Origin: an uncultured delta proteobacterium | GTDB lineage: Bacteria; Myxococcota_A; Polyangia; Haliangiales; Haliangiaceae | Length of the DNA: 64,000 nucleotides | Assembly: GCA_963848295.1 (NCBI GenBank) | Contig: CAWKDB010000010.1 | Coordinates: 1,600,001 to 1,664,000 of the forward strand | Direction of reading: 5' to 3' | Part shown: one piece after another, positions 30,422 to 40,661 of the stretch | Numbering within the stretch: position 1 is the first letter of the stretch | Layout: each line of letters opens with the position of its first letter | Translations under genes and position numbers: made by a program | Notes under the pieces: model-generated | What the model saw: only the letters and a program-made list of their open reading frames with translations | Database searches by the model: none | Told to the model about the DNA's origin: nothing

Positions 30422-31782
30422 GACATCACCGCCGTCGTCGCGCTGCCGATCGCCCGGCGTCGCCGCCGCACGCTGTCGACATCGACCGTGCGTGACACCG
30501 CGAGCTCGTAGACGTGCGCGCGCTTGCCCGGCGCGGGGCGCAATACGCGACCGATGCGCTGGACGTGGCGCCGCCCGCTGCCCGATCCGCCGAGGATGAT
30601 CGCGATCTCGGCCTCCGGGACATCGAGCCCCTCGTCGAGCACCTGCGCGGAGACCAGCACGTTGATCTCGCCGGCGACGAACCGAGCGAGTGCGCGCGTC
30701 CGCTCCTTGCGGCCGATCTCGTGCGTGATCGGGTAGACCAGGAATTCGCGCGCGACGTCGTATGCGGTCCGATTGTCATGGGTGAACACGAGCGTCCGCC
30801 GATCGCGGTGACGCGCGAGCAACTCGCGCAGGACGCGCCGCTTGTCCGCCGGATACGCGAGCAGCGCCTTCGACGCACGCCACGCGGCGAGCGCCCGCCG
30901 CCCTTCGGGGGTTCGCGTCGCCGCCTTGACGAACGCGTCCCACGTCGCGCCTGGCTGGCGTCGCTGCAACGCCGAGAACGCGACGGCGAACACCGCGCGC
31001 GCGGCGTCGTAGCGTTCGCGCTCGCTCGGCTCGAGTCGGATCGGGATCGTCGTCAAGTCGAACTCGGCGAGCGCATCGCCGACCAGATCATCGATCGCGA
31101 GCGAGAAGACGACCGGCCCGATCGCGCGTTCGAGCGCCGCGGCGGAATCGCCGTCGGGCGGCGTCGCGGTCAGCCCGAGTCGCGCTGGCGCGACCAGCAT
31201 CTCGAGCAGCTCGGTCGGACACTCGGCGCCGACGTGATGCGCTTCGTCGACGATCACCAGCCCGAACCGATCGCCGATCGTCGGCGCCCACTTGATCGCG
31301 CTCGCATAGGTCGCCACCGTCACCGACGTGACCCGATGATCGCCGTCGCCGAGCCGGCCGATGTTGTCGAGGTGAAGCGCGAGCACGGTCGCCCATTGAT
31401 CGAGCAAGACGCGAGTCGGCACCAAGCACAGGGCGGAGACGCCGCATTCCGCGATCGCGGCGGTCGCGATCCGCGTCTTGCCCGCGCCGGTAGGCAGCGC
31501 GATCACGCCGTGGCGATGCGCTGCGGACCAGGCGGTCAGCGCTTCGCGCTGGTACCAGCGCAGGTCGGGCGCGGCTGCGATCGCTGTCCGGTGGTCCGGC
31601 GTCGTGTCCGAATACCGGACGCTTCCGTCCGCAAATCGGCCGAGCAGCGACGCATAGGCCTGAGCTGGTGCGCGCCACGTTTGCACGCGCGGATCCCACA
31701 CAACACCTGGAAGTTGCGCGGGATCGAGCCCGCTACTCGCACGATCGACGAGGATCGTGCCGCGATCGAATCGGATCTGCAT
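30418..31782 (-). CDS. XPB/Rad25-like SF2 DNA helicase
   Basis: 'LRWYQREAL', 'LPTGAGKT', 'VDEAHH', 'LGLTATP', 'DEGLDVP', 'QRIGRVLR'. Confidence 0.9.
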   Translation of the reverse strand: MQIRFDRGTILVDRASSGLDPAQLPGVVWDPRVQTWRAPAQAYASLLGRFADGSVRYSDTTPDHRTAIAAAPDLRWYQREALTAWSAAHRHGVIALPTGAGKTRIATAAIAECGVSALCLVPTRVLLDQWATVLALHLDNIGRLGDGDHRVTSVTVATYASAIKWAPTIGDRFGLVIVDEAHHVGAECPTELLEMLVAPARLGLTATPPDGDSAAALERAIGPVVFSLAIDDLVGDALAEFDLTTIPIRLEPSERERYDAARAVFAVAFSALQRRQPGATWDAFVKAATRTPEGRRALAAWRASKALLAYPADKRRVLRELLARHRDRRTLVFTHDNRTAYDVAREFLVYPITHEIGRKERTRALARFVAGEINVLVSAQVLDEGLDVPEAEIAIILGGSGSGRRHVQRIGRVLRPAPGKRAHVYELAVSRTVDVDSVRRRRRAIGSATTAVMS

Positions 31783-31832
31783 GCGGCGACGAACAGCAAC
31801 GCGCGTGCCGAGCTGTCGGTCATACTGCGGTG

Positions 31833-32687
31833 ATGGCGCGCGCCGCAGACCGGATCGCCGACAATGTCGCCGGCGACTTCTACGTCGATCGCTCGTGCAT
31901 CGACTGCGATCTATGCCGGCAACTCGCGCCCGAGAGCTTCGCGCGGAGCAACGCCGCCGCACAGTCGTACGTCGCGTGCCAACCGATCGACGATGCCGCG
32001 CGTCTTCGCGCGCTGATGGCGCTCGTCACCTGCCCGACCAGCTCGATCGGCACGACGCGCAAGCTCGACAGCCGCGCCGCAGCTCGCGCGTTTCCCGAGC
32101 GCGTCGCCGACAACGTCTACTTCTGCGGCTACGCGTCGGCCGACTCGTACGGCGCGGCGAGCTGGTTCGTGACGCGCCCGGCCGGCAACGTGCTGATCGA
32201 TTCGCCGCGCGCGGCGAGCACACTGATGAACCGCGTCGCCGAGCTCGGCGGGGTGCGCTGGCTGGTGCTGACTCACCGCGACGACATCGCCGACCACGAA
32301 GCGTGGCACGACCGGTTCGGCTGCGAACGCGTCATGCATCGAGCCGATGCGCCGCGCGGGATCGAGCTCACGATCGATGCGGTCACCCAGCTCGCGCCCG
32401 GCCTCGAGCTCGTGCCGGTGCCCGGCCACACCCGCGGCAGTTGCGTGCTGATCGACCGCGCCACCCATGCGTTTACCGGCGATCACGTGTGGGCGAACGA
32501 CGCGGGCGACGGTCTCGAAGCCGGTCGCGACGTCTGCTGGTACTCGTGGCCCGAGCAACGGCGATCGATGGCCGAGCTCGCGGAGCATGCGTTTACTCAT
32601 GTCTGGCCCGGTCACGGCCGCCGATTCCACACCGCGACCGCCGAGGCGATGCAGCGCGAGCTCCGCCGGCTCGCCGCCGCGATGTGA
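31833..32687 (+). CDS. Ferredoxin-fused MBL-fold metallo-hydrolase
   Basis: 'CIDCDLC...CP' at the N-terminus; 'LTHRDD', 'PGHTRG', 'FTGDH', 'PGHG'. Confidence 0.85.
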   Translation: MARAADRIADNVAGDFYVDRSCIDCDLCRQLAPESFARSNAAAQSYVACQPIDDAARLRALMALVTCPTSSIGTTRKLDSRAAARAFPERVADNVYFCGYASADSYGAASWFVTRPAGNVLIDSPRAASTLMNRVAELGGVRWLVLTHRDDIADHEAWHDRFGCERVMHRADAPRGIELTIDAVTQLAPGLELVPVPGHTRGSCVLIDRATHAFTGDHVWANDAGDGLEAGRDVCWYSWPEQRRSMAELAEHAFTHVWPGHGRRFHTATAEAMQRELRRLAAAM

Positions 32688-32772
32688 ACACCACGCATGC
32701 GAGCACGGGCGCGCATGTGCGGGTGAGCATCGGTACCACGCCCGAGATCAGCGCGTGGGAGCGCAACAGCTC

Positions 32773-32788
32773 CGGCACCTCCATTGCA
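32773..32788 (+). promoter_or_regulatory. Putative sigma54 -24/-12 promoter
   Basis: CGGCACCTCCATTGCA is near consensus, with 13 nt between the GC and ATG 32801. Confidence 0.7.
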
Positions 32789-32800
32789 CTACTCGCGGGG

Positions 32801-33277
32801 ATGAAAACTCGATCGATCCTCTGGACCTCGTTGTTCTCTCTGTCGCTGCTCACCGCCGGCGCGTGCAAGAAGCGCGATGCGGATCGCGCGAGCGACGACA
32901 TGAAGCAGGCGCAGGACGACATCAACAAAGAGGGCAAGGCCCTCGGCAAGACCGTCGAGAAAGCCGACGAGTCGGTCGCGAAGGATCAGGCGAAGCTCGA
33001 TTCGGCGAAGGCCGACTGGGAAAAAGCCGCGGCCGACTATGGCACCGCGGTCCACGCGCGACTCGAGAAGCTCGACGCGAAGCTGAACGTGCTCGCGGCG
33101 AAGGCAGACGCTAAATCAAGGGAAGCCGAGCAGAAGATCAAGGAGCGCCGCGACGTGCTCGCGAGCAAGCTCGACGGGCTCGCCACGCAGGGCACCGAAC
33201 ATTGGGACGCGTTCAAGAAAGACGTCGACAGCTCGTTCGATTCGCTCGAGCACGACCTCAACGCGGCCATCAAGTAG
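32801..33277 (+). CDS. Coiled-coil lipoprotein
   Basis: Signal peptide with lipobox 'AGAC'; K/D/A-rich helical body. Confidence 0.75.
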   Translation: MKTRSILWTSLFSLSLLTAGACKKRDADRASDDMKQAQDDINKEGKALGKTVEKADESVAKDQAKLDSAKADWEKAAADYGTAVHARLEKLDAKLNVLAAKADAKSREAEQKIKERRDVLASKLDGLATQGTEHWDAFKKDVDSSFDSLEHDLNAAIK

Positions 33278-34336
33278 TCACGGCAGCAGGACTAGCTTGC
33301 CGACCGTGAGCCCGGACTCGATATCGGCGTGAGCGCGCGCGACATCGGCGAGCGGATAGGTCGTGACCTTCGGCGGCGCGAGCGTGCCGTCGTCGATCCA
33401 GCCGATGATCTGACTCATGCCCTCGGCGAGCAGGTCCTGGCGATCGAACAGATAGCTGAGGTTGAACGCGAGCACGCTGTGGCTGTCGTTCGTCATGTCG
33501 AGCGGGTTGAACCGCGGCGTGCGCACGTAATCGAGCGCGAGCTTCGCGTAGTTCGGGCGGCCTCCGGTCTTCGGCATCATCGAATGAAAGCCGTAGACGA
33601 CGAGCTTGCCGGCGCGCGCGAGGTGCTTGTAGCTCGCGCCGAGCGTCGATATACCGTTCGCATCGAGGATGACGTCGTAGCCTTTCGGCGCGATCCGCTC
33701 GGCTTCGCGCCACAGGTCTTGTTTCGATTTGTCGATGACGTGATCGGCGCCGAGTCCTCGGGCGGTCGCGACCTTGCTCGTCGCACCGACCACGCCGACG
33801 ACTTCGCAACCGGCGTGCTTCGCCATCTGGACGAGCGCGCTGCCGACGCCACCCGCAGCGGAGTGGACCAGGACCCGTTGGCCGCGCCGCGGATGAGCGA
33901 GCTCGAACAGCGCGTACCACGCGGTCATGTAGACGGCGGGCAGCGCTGCGGCTTGCTCGAAGCTGGTGCGCGCGGGGCGACGAAACACCTTGGCCCGATC
34001 GACGACGACGTGCGACGCATAGCCGCCGAACAGCGTGATCGCGAAGACCTCGCTGCCGATCGCCAAGTCTTCGACGCCGGTGCCGATCGCCTCGACGACG
34101 CCCGACACCTCGAACCCGGGCGTGATCGGCCAGCCGACGTACTCCTTCGCGGAGGCGTAGAGCCCCATCCGTACGATCGTGTCCGCGTAGTTGACGCCGA
34201 TCGCTCGCACCGCGACCCGGACTTGACCGGGCGCCGGCTCCGGGAGGCCTGCGGTCTCGAGCTTCAGCCGGTCGTAGCCGCCGGCCGAGTGGACGACGAC
34301 TTTGCGGGTGGATCCGTTCTCGGTCATGGTCTGCAT
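33278..34336 (-). CDS. MDR-family (VAT-1-like) NADPH:quinone oxidoreductase
   Basis: 'GVNYAD', 'PGFEVSG', 'GGYAS', 'HSAAGGVG', 'GKLVL'. Confidence 0.9.
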   Translation of the reverse strand: MQTMTENGSTRKVVVHSAGGYDRLKLETAGLPEPAPGQVRVAVRAIGVNYADTIVRMGLYASAKEYVGWPITPGFEVSGVVEAIGTGVEDLAIGSEVFAITLFGGYASHVVVDRAKVFRRPARTSFEQAAALPAVYMTAWYALFELAHPRRGQRVLVHSAAGGVGSALVQMAKHAGCEVVGVVGATSKVATARGLGADHVIDKSKQDLWREAERIAPKGYDVILDANGISTLGASYKHLARAGKLVVYGFHSMMPKTGGRPNYAKLALDYVRTPRFNPLDMTNDSHSVLAFNLSYLFDRQDLLAEGMSQIIGWIDDGTLAPPKVTTYPLADVARAHADIESGLTVGKLVLLP

Positions 34337-34464
34337 GATGCCCAGGTAAGCCGACCGCGGCCGCGGGGAAGTGACTGAGCGCGCCAGAGTCGTGACCGCT
34401 TTGATGATTGCGTCCGGGGACCGGACAGACTAGGGTGCCGCCTTCGTCGCGCCGGCGACGGTAG

Positions 34465-36273
34465 ATGTTGTTCTCGGCTGCCCATCCCACGCTCGGTCGC
34501 GCTCTCGCGACTCGGGAGTACACGACGCCGACCGCAGTCCAAGCGGCGGTCCTCGCCGACGACGCGCGCGATCGCGATCTGCTCGTGTCCGCGCAGACCG
34601 GGTCGGGCAAGACCGTCGCGTTCGGCCTGGCGCTCGCGCCCGAGCTGCTCGGCGACGCGCCGCGGTTCACGTCGGCCGGCATGCCGCTCGCGCTCGTGAT
34701 CGCACCGACCCGCGAGCTCGCGATCCAGGTCCATCGCGAGCTGTCGTGGCTGTACGCCGAGACCGGCGCGCGGATCGCGACGTGCGTCGGCGGCATGGAC
34801 GCCCGGCGCGAAGCCCAGACGCTCGGGCGCGGCGCGCATATCGTCGTCGGTACACCCGGACGGTTATGCGATCACCTCGAGCGCGGTGTGCTCGTGCTGA
34901 ACCAGCTGCGCGCGGTCGTGCTCGACGAAGCCGACGAGATGCTCGATATGGGCTTCCGCGACGAGCTCGAGCGCTTGCTCGACGCGACGCCGAAGCAGCG
35001 CCGCACGCTGATGTTCTCCGCGACGATCCCGCGCGACATCGCGACCCTCGCGAAGCGCTATCAGCAGAACGCGCTGCGACTCGCGACCTCGAGCGAGGTC
35101 GATGCGCACCGCGACATCGAGTACCGCGCGATCCCGATCATCCAGCGCGAGCGCGATCTCGCGGTCGTGAATTTACTCCGCTATCACGACGCGCCCGGCG
35201 CGCTCGTGTTCTGCGCGACGCGCGACGGCGTCACTCACCTCAGCGCGAACCTGCACGAACGCGGCTTCGCGGTCGCGGCGCTGTCGGGCGAGCTCAGCCA
35301 GCGCGAGCGCAACCAGGCGCTGCAAGCGTTGCGCGATGGGCGAGCGCGCGTGTGCGTCGCCACCGATGTCGCCGCGCGCGGCCTCGATCTGCCCGACCTC
35401 GGGCTCGTGATCCACGCCGATCTGCCGAACAACAAGCAAGTGCTCGTCCATCGCAGCGGCCGCACGGGGCGCGCGGGCAAGAAGGGCGTCGCGGTCGTGC
35501 TCGTGCCCGAGCCCGCGCGGCTGCACGTCGAACGCATGCTGCACGCCGCGCACCTCGTCGCGACGTGGTCACTCGCGCCGACCGCCGACGACATCCGCGC
35601 GCGCGATCAAGAGCAGCTCGTCAAGGAGATCGCGAAGCTCGCCGACGAGACCACCGACGACGATCGGCAGGTCGCGCGAGCGCTGCTCGCCGAGCGCGAT
35701 GCCGAACAGCTCGCCGCGGCACTCGTCCGCTTGCGTCGCGAGGCCCTGCCGTCGCCCGAAGAGCTGACGATCCCGATGTCGATGCGCCCGCGCAACCCGC
35801 AACGCGAGCTCCGGCCGCGACCGAGCGAGGCGCGCAGCTTCGTCCGCGACCGGCCGAACGATCGCCACGATGATCGCGCTCATGATCGACCGGCGCCCGG
35901 CCGCGACCGCCCGCAGCACCATGCCGGCTCGGAGCGCCCGCGCTACACGCCGACCGATCGCCCGCGCGAGCATCACGCCGCGCCGATCGATCGCCCGCGC
36001 GAGCATCATGCTGCGCCGACTGGCGGCACGACGCTGTTCACGATCAACGTCGGCCGCAGCAAGAACGCCGACCCGAAGTGGCTGATCCCGCTGTTGTGCC
36101 GGCGCGGCGGCATCACGAAGCGCGAGATCGGCAAGATCCGAATCCTCGCGCGCGAGACTCACGTCGAGATCATCACCGATGCGAGTGAACGGTTCGCCGA
36201 GGCGATCCGCCGACCCGACGACAAAGATCGCAACATCCACATCGAGCGCCTCGACGCCGAGCCCGGCGCGTAG
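34465..36273 (+). CDS. DEAD-box RNA helicase with C-terminal DbpA-type RNA-binding domain
   Basis: Q motif 'PTAVQ', 'AQTGSGKT', 'PTRELA', 'DEAD', 'SAT', 'HRSGRTGR'; C-terminal 'INVGR..ADPKWLIPLLCRRG..IGKI'. Confidence 0.95.
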   Translation: MLFSAAHPTLGRALATREYTTPTAVQAAVLADDARDRDLLVSAQTGSGKTVAFGLALAPELLGDAPRFTSAGMPLALVIAPTRELAIQVHRELSWLYAETGARIATCVGGMDARREAQTLGRGAHIVVGTPGRLCDHLERGVLVLNQLRAVVLDEADEMLDMGFRDELERLLDATPKQRRTLMFSATIPRDIATLAKRYQQNALRLATSSEVDAHRDIEYRAIPIIQRERDLAVVNLLRYHDAPGALVFCATRDGVTHLSANLHERGFAVAALSGELSQRERNQALQALRDGRARVCVATDVAARGLDLPDLGLVIHADLPNNKQVLVHRSGRTGRAGKKGVAVVLVPEPARLHVERMLHAAHLVATWSLAPTADDIRARDQEQLVKEIAKLADETTDDDRQVARALLAERDAEQLAAALVRLRREALPSPEELTIPMSMRPRNPQRELRPRPSEARSFVRDRPNDRHDDRAHDRPAPGRDRPQHHAGSERPRYTPTDRPREHHAAPIDRPREHHAAPTGGTTLFTINVGRSKNADPKWLIPLLCRRGGITKREIGKIRILARETHVEIITDASERFAEAIRRPDDKDRNIHIERLDAEPGA

Positions 36274-36366
36274 CCCGATTCGCAGGTCTCCACATCGCGC
36301 GCTCGCCATGGCCGCGGGCGTACGAGTCGCGGTCACCGTGGTGCTCGCGCAACGACAGGAGTAGAC

Positions 36367-38400
36367 GTGGCAGACTTGCTGCACGTCGTGATGGCAGAAG
36401 CGGACATCAGGCACGGCTCGAAGGTCGGCAGGTTCGTCGTCGTCGGCGAGCTCGGTTCGGGCGGGATGGGCATCGTCTACGCGGCGCACGATCGCGAGCT
36501 CGATCGCCAGGTCGCGCTCAAGGTGTTGCGCGCCGCCGCCGCGACCGACGAGGAGCGCATGCGCATGCTGCGCGAGGGCCAGGCGATGGCGCGGGTCACT
36601 CATCCGAACGTGATCACCGTCTACGAAGTCGGGGTCGAAGGCAGCCTGGTGTTCCTCGCGCAGGAGCTGCTCGACGCCGGCACGCTCGGCCGCTGGCTCG
36701 AGCAGCCGCACTCGCAGGCCGAGGTCATCGACAAGTTCGTCGCGGCCGGGCGCGGGCTCGCGGCCGCGCACGCCGCCGGGCTCGTCCACCGGGACTTCAA
36801 GCCCGACAACGTGTTGCTCGGCAAGGACGGTCGCGTCCGGGTCTCGGACTTCGGGCTCGCGCGCGCCCTCGGTCCGAGCGACGACGGGTTGCCCGCGGCG
36901 ACTCGCGCGAACATGGCGCGAGCTCAGCTCGATCTGTCGACCAACCCGATGAGCGCGTTGACCCGGACCGGCGCGGTGATGGGCACGCCGATGTTCATGT
37001 CGCCGGAGCAGCACAACGGCGATCCGGCCGACGAGCGGTCCGATCAGTTCGCGTTCTGCGTCGCGCTGTATCAAGCGCTCTACGGCGAGTGGCCGTATGC
37101 GGGCAAGACCGCGGTCTCCCTTGCCGACGCGGTGATCGAGGGCCGGATGCAACGCGAGCCGCGCGGTCATCACGTTCCGGCGCGGATCCGCGCGATCCTG
37201 TTGCGCGGACTGAGCACGAAGCCGTCGGCGCGCTATCCGTCGATGGACGCCCTGCTCGCCGACCTGACGCGACCGCCGAAGCGACGCGCGCGTGCGTTCG
37301 CGATCGTGATCGGCGTGTTCGTGATCGCGGCGGCCGCGGTCACCGGCGGCTATGCGCTGCGCACCCACGACGACGAAGTCAAGCGCGCGCCCCTGACCGC
37401 GTTCGATCCCAAGACGCTCGGCACCGATCGCGGCATCGAGTGGCTCGCGAGTGCGATCGAGCGGGGCGAGCTCGACGATGCGCGCGAGAAGTACGACATG
37501 GCCGCGGCGCTCGCCGAGCAGAACGGCGACACCACGCACGCGTCGATCGCCTCGTCGGCAGGCGCGCTCCTGCTCGCGCTCCGGGGCCACCTCGACCAGG
37601 CGCGTACGCATCTGCACGATGCCGACACGACGAAGGGCAGCGATCCGGTCGCGCTCGCCTACGCCGATCTCGCAGCTGCGGAGATCGCCTCGTCCGCCGG
37701 CGACCTCGACACGGCGCTGACTCGCAGTGCGAGCTGTGCGGCGCAGTTCTCGACGACCGTGCCGGCGCTCGCGACGCTGTGCTTCCAGCTCCACGGCGAT
37801 GCCGCCGCTGACCACGGCGATGGCGCCGCGGCGCGCAAGGCGTACGCCGATGGGCTCGAGATCGCGAAGCGCGCCGATCCGAACGAGCGCGCGTTGCCGC
37901 TCGAGCTCGCGATCGCGGCGCTCGATCTCGACGAGGGCAACGGCAAGTACGACGCGGTCGTCGCGAAGGCGACCGAGCTGCAAGCGGTGGCCGCCGAGCG
38001 CGGCGAGATCGCACCGGAGGAGCAAGCATGGGTCTTGCTCGCCCGCGCGCACCTCGCGCAAGCCTCGTCGCAACAGGCGTTCGACGATCTGGGCCATATC
38101 AAGCCCGACGCGATCGAGGCCTTCCGCATCCGCATCGAAGCCCGGATCACGCGCGGAGAGAGTGCCGCGATCCTCGGCGACGCCGAGAACGGCCTGAAGG
38201 ACATCGAGGCCGCCCGCGGCGAGGCCGAGGCGCAAGGCTACGTCGGGCTCGCCCTCGCCGCGCGGTTAGCACGGGTCGAGACGCTCGTGTTGACCGCCGC
38301 TCCCGAGGCCGCCGCCGAACAGCGCGCACTCGTCGCGGATGCGCGAGCCCGCGGTTACGGGCGAATCGCGCACCTCGCCGAGACCGTCGCGCAGCGGTGA
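36367..38400 (+). CDS. Membrane Ser/Thr protein kinase with extracytoplasmic helical (TPR-like) region
   Basis: AGGAG upstream of GTG; 'LGSGGMG', 'VALK', 'HRDFKPDN', 'DFGLA', 'GTPMFMSPE'; one TM segment. Confidence 0.9.
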   Translation: MADLLHVVMAEADIRHGSKVGRFVVVGELGSGGMGIVYAAHDRELDRQVALKVLRAAAATDEERMRMLREGQAMARVTHPNVITVYEVGVEGSLVFLAQELLDAGTLGRWLEQPHSQAEVIDKFVAAGRGLAAAHAAGLVHRDFKPDNVLLGKDGRVRVSDFGLARALGPSDDGLPAATRANMARAQLDLSTNPMSALTRTGAVMGTPMFMSPEQHNGDPADERSDQFAFCVALYQALYGEWPYAGKTAVSLADAVIEGRMQREPRGHHVPARIRAILLRGLSTKPSARYPSMDALLADLTRPPKRRARAFAIVIGVFVIAAAAVTGGYALRTHDDEVKRAPLTAFDPKTLGTDRGIEWLASAIERGELDDAREKYDMAAALAEQNGDTTHASIASSAGALLLALRGHLDQARTHLHDADTTKGSDPVALAYADLAAAEIASSAGDLDTALTRSASCAAQFSTTVPALATLCFQLHGDAAADHGDGAAARKAYADGLEIAKRADPNERALPLELAIAALDLDEGNGKYDAVVAKATELQAVAAERGEIAPEEQAWVLLARAHLAQASSQQAFDDLGHIKPDAIEAFRIRIEARITRGESAAILGDAENGLKDIEAARGEAEAQGYVGLALAARLARVETLVLTAAPEAAAEQRALVADARARGYGRIAHLAETVAQR

Positions 38401-38419
38401 TGAGCTATTCTCGGCGTTC

Positions 38420-39352
38420 ATGGCCGATTGCCAGCTGTGCGGCTCGTCGCACCCAGACGACAATCCGACGTGCCCTCAACAGCGCACCGGCCAGCAGCTC
38501 GCGGGCAAGTACACGATCGGCGGCGTGCTCGGCATCGGCGGCATCGCGGCGGTGTACAGCGCGGAGCACCCGGTGCTGCGCCGCCAGATCGCGGTGAAGA
38601 TCCTGCATCGCCGGTTCGCGAACGATCGCGAGCTCGCCACTCGCTTCGTACGCGAGGCGCGCGAGACCGCCGCGCTCGGTCATCCCGCGTTCGTCCATGT
38701 CCACGACGCCGGCACGACCGAGGACGGCTGCCCGTACATCGAGATGGACAAGCTCGAAGGCCGCGAGCTGTACAGCCTGCGCAAGGAAGTCGGCCCGCTC
38801 GAGCCGGAGCGCGTCGTGCCGATCGCGATCCAGATCCTCGACGCACTGACCGTGTTGCACGGCCGTGGCGTGATCCACCGCGATCTCAAGACCCAGAACA
38901 TCTATCTCGTGCCGACGCCGAACGGCGATCAGGTCAAGCTCCTCGACCTCGGGTTCGCGAAGGTCGAGGACGAGCTCAAGCTGACGTCGAAGCATCACAT
39001 CCTCGGCACGCCGTTCTACATCAGCCCCGAGCAGTACCTCGACCCGAGCGCGGTCGATGCGCGCGCCGATCTGTTCTCGCTCGGCATCGTGCTGTTCGAG
39101 ACGCTGACCGGGGATTGGCCGTACACGTGGACCACGAAGCGCGAGCTGCTCAGCCACGTGATGAAGGGCAACCTCGAGCGCCATCCCGCGAACCGCCGTC
39201 CCGACGTGCCGGCGTGGCTCGATGCGATCGTCGCGCGCGCGCTCGCCCATGCCCGCGAGGACCGGTTCGAATCCGCCGCGGCGATGAAGGCGGCGCTCGA
39301 GGCCGGTCCGCCGCCGGCGAAGTCCGGCATCTTCAAGCGGCTGTTTGGATGA
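38420..39352 (+). CDS. Cytoplasmic Ser/Thr protein kinase with N-terminal CxxC..H..C motif
   Basis: 'CQLCGSSH..TCP', 'LGIGG', 'HRDLKTQN', 'DLGFA', 'GTPFYISPE'. Confidence 0.9.
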   Translation: MADCQLCGSSHPDDNPTCPQQRTGQQLAGKYTIGGVLGIGGIAAVYSAEHPVLRRQIAVKILHRRFANDRELATRFVREARETAALGHPAFVHVHDAGTTEDGCPYIEMDKLEGRELYSLRKEVGPLEPERVVPIAIQILDALTVLHGRGVIHRDLKTQNIYLVPTPNGDQVKLLDLGFAKVEDELKLTSKHHILGTPFYISPEQYLDPSAVDARADLFSLGIVLFETLTGDWPYTWTTKRELLSHVMKGNLERHPANRRPDVPAWLDAIVARALAHAREDRFESAAAMKAALEAGPPPAKSGIFKRLFG

Positions 39353-40572
39353 GCGAGCCCGCGCCCCGCAAGCATCCGCCACCGTGGATCTTCGCGTTCG
39401 CCGGTAGCTCGTACGGGGTGGCCGGCGCCTTCATCGCGCAGATCATGCCGTTCGTCGCGAAGAAGCACGGCATCCCGCAGACGTCGATCGGTCTGTTCAC
39501 GACGATCTTGTTCATCCCGGCGGCGTTGCAGTTCCTGTATGCACCGGTCGTCGACGTCGGGCCGCCGCGGCGCAAGTGGCTCGTGATCGTCGCGATCATC
39601 AGCGCGGCAGCGCTCGTCGGCGCGTTCTCGGTTCACTTGCCGGACCAGCTCGATCTGTTTCTGGTGTTCGGGTTCATCGCGCAGTTATCATCGGCGCTGA
39701 TCAGCGCGTGCGCCGGCGGACTCTTGGCCGTGACGATGCCCGACGAGAAACGCGGCGCAGCGAGCGCCTGGTACAACACCGGCAATCTCTCGGGCGGCGG
39801 TGCGGCCGGCGCGCTCGCGATCGCGTTGACCGGCGCGGGCGTCCCACAGATCGTCGTCGGCCTCGTCGTCGCCGCGATGGTGATCGCACCGGCGTTCGTC
39901 ATCCTCACGATCTACGAACCGCCGCGCGACAACATTCGCACGCTCCGCGAAGTGCTCGGCCAGAGCACGCGCGATGTCGGCCGCGTGTTGTTCAGCCGCG
40001 CCGGTATCACCGGCATCGCACTGTGCCTCTCGCCGGTCGGCACGGCGGCGCTCACGAACTTCTTCTCCGACATGGGCGATGACTTCCACGCATCGGATGG
40101 TACGGTCGCGTTCGTCGCCGGCGGCGCGAGCGTGGTCGTGACCGCGCTCGGCGCATTCGTCGGCGGTTACCTGTGCGATCGCTTCAACCGCCGCGCGATG
40201 TACTTGTTGTCCGGCGCACTGACCGCGGTGATCGGCGTGATCATGGCGAAGACCGACCACACGCCGGTGAGCTACGGCGTGCTCGCGACGACGTACAACC
40301 TCGTCACCGGGTTTTGCTACTCGGCGTTCACCGCGACCGTGCTCGAGACGATCGGCGACGCGGGCAAGGCGGCCTCGACGCAGTACGCGCTGTTCGTGTC
40401 CGCCGGCAACATCGCGATCCAGTACACCGGCCTTGTCGACACGCGGTTCAACAACATCGACCACTCGTTCTTGAGCGATGCCGCGCTCAACATGGCGGGC
40501 GTCGTGATCCTCGCCTTCGCGTTCTGGAGGCTCGGCTCGTTCGGCAAGCGCCACCCCGGCAAGCCGGCCTAG
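39349..40572 (+). CDS. MFS transporter, AmpG-like
   Basis: About 12 hydrophobic segments; 'QFLYAPVVD', 'GGYLCDRF', 'ASTQYALFVSAGN'. ATGA overlap with the kinase. Confidence 0.75.
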   Translation: MSEPAPRKHPPPWIFAFAGSSYGVAGAFIAQIMPFVAKKHGIPQTSIGLFTTILFIPAALQFLYAPVVDVGPPRRKWLVIVAIISAAALVGAFSVHLPDQLDLFLVFGFIAQLSSALISACAGGLLAVTMPDEKRGAASAWYNTGNLSGGGAAGALAIALTGAGVPQIVVGLVVAAMVIAPAFVILTIYEPPRDNIRTLREVLGQSTRDVGRVLFSRAGITGIALCLSPVGTAALTNFFSDMGDDFHASDGTVAFVAGGASVVVTALGAFVGGYLCDRFNRRAMYLLSGALTAVIGVIMAKTDHTPVSYGVLATTYNLVTGFCYSAFTATVLETIGDAGKAASTQYALFVSAGNIAIQYTGLVDTRFNNIDHSFLSDAALNMAGVVILAFAFWRLGSFGKRHPGKPA

Positions 40573-40661
40573 CTGCTACGCTCTCGCCGTCGGCGCTTTC
40601 ACGTTCATCGAGAACACGCCCCTAGCAGGTCGCGATCCGCGGGCTCATCCGACGAAGTCGA

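Noticed and set aside
35955..36019. 33-bp tandem repeat encoding DRPREHHAAP twice
   Set aside because: Low-complexity linker typical of DEAD-box helicase tails.
36368..36383. TGGCAGACTTGCTGCA sigma54-like motif
   Set aside because: It lies inside the probable kinase CDS (GTG 36367 has an AGGAG site) and does not show the 13-14 nt spacing to a start codon.
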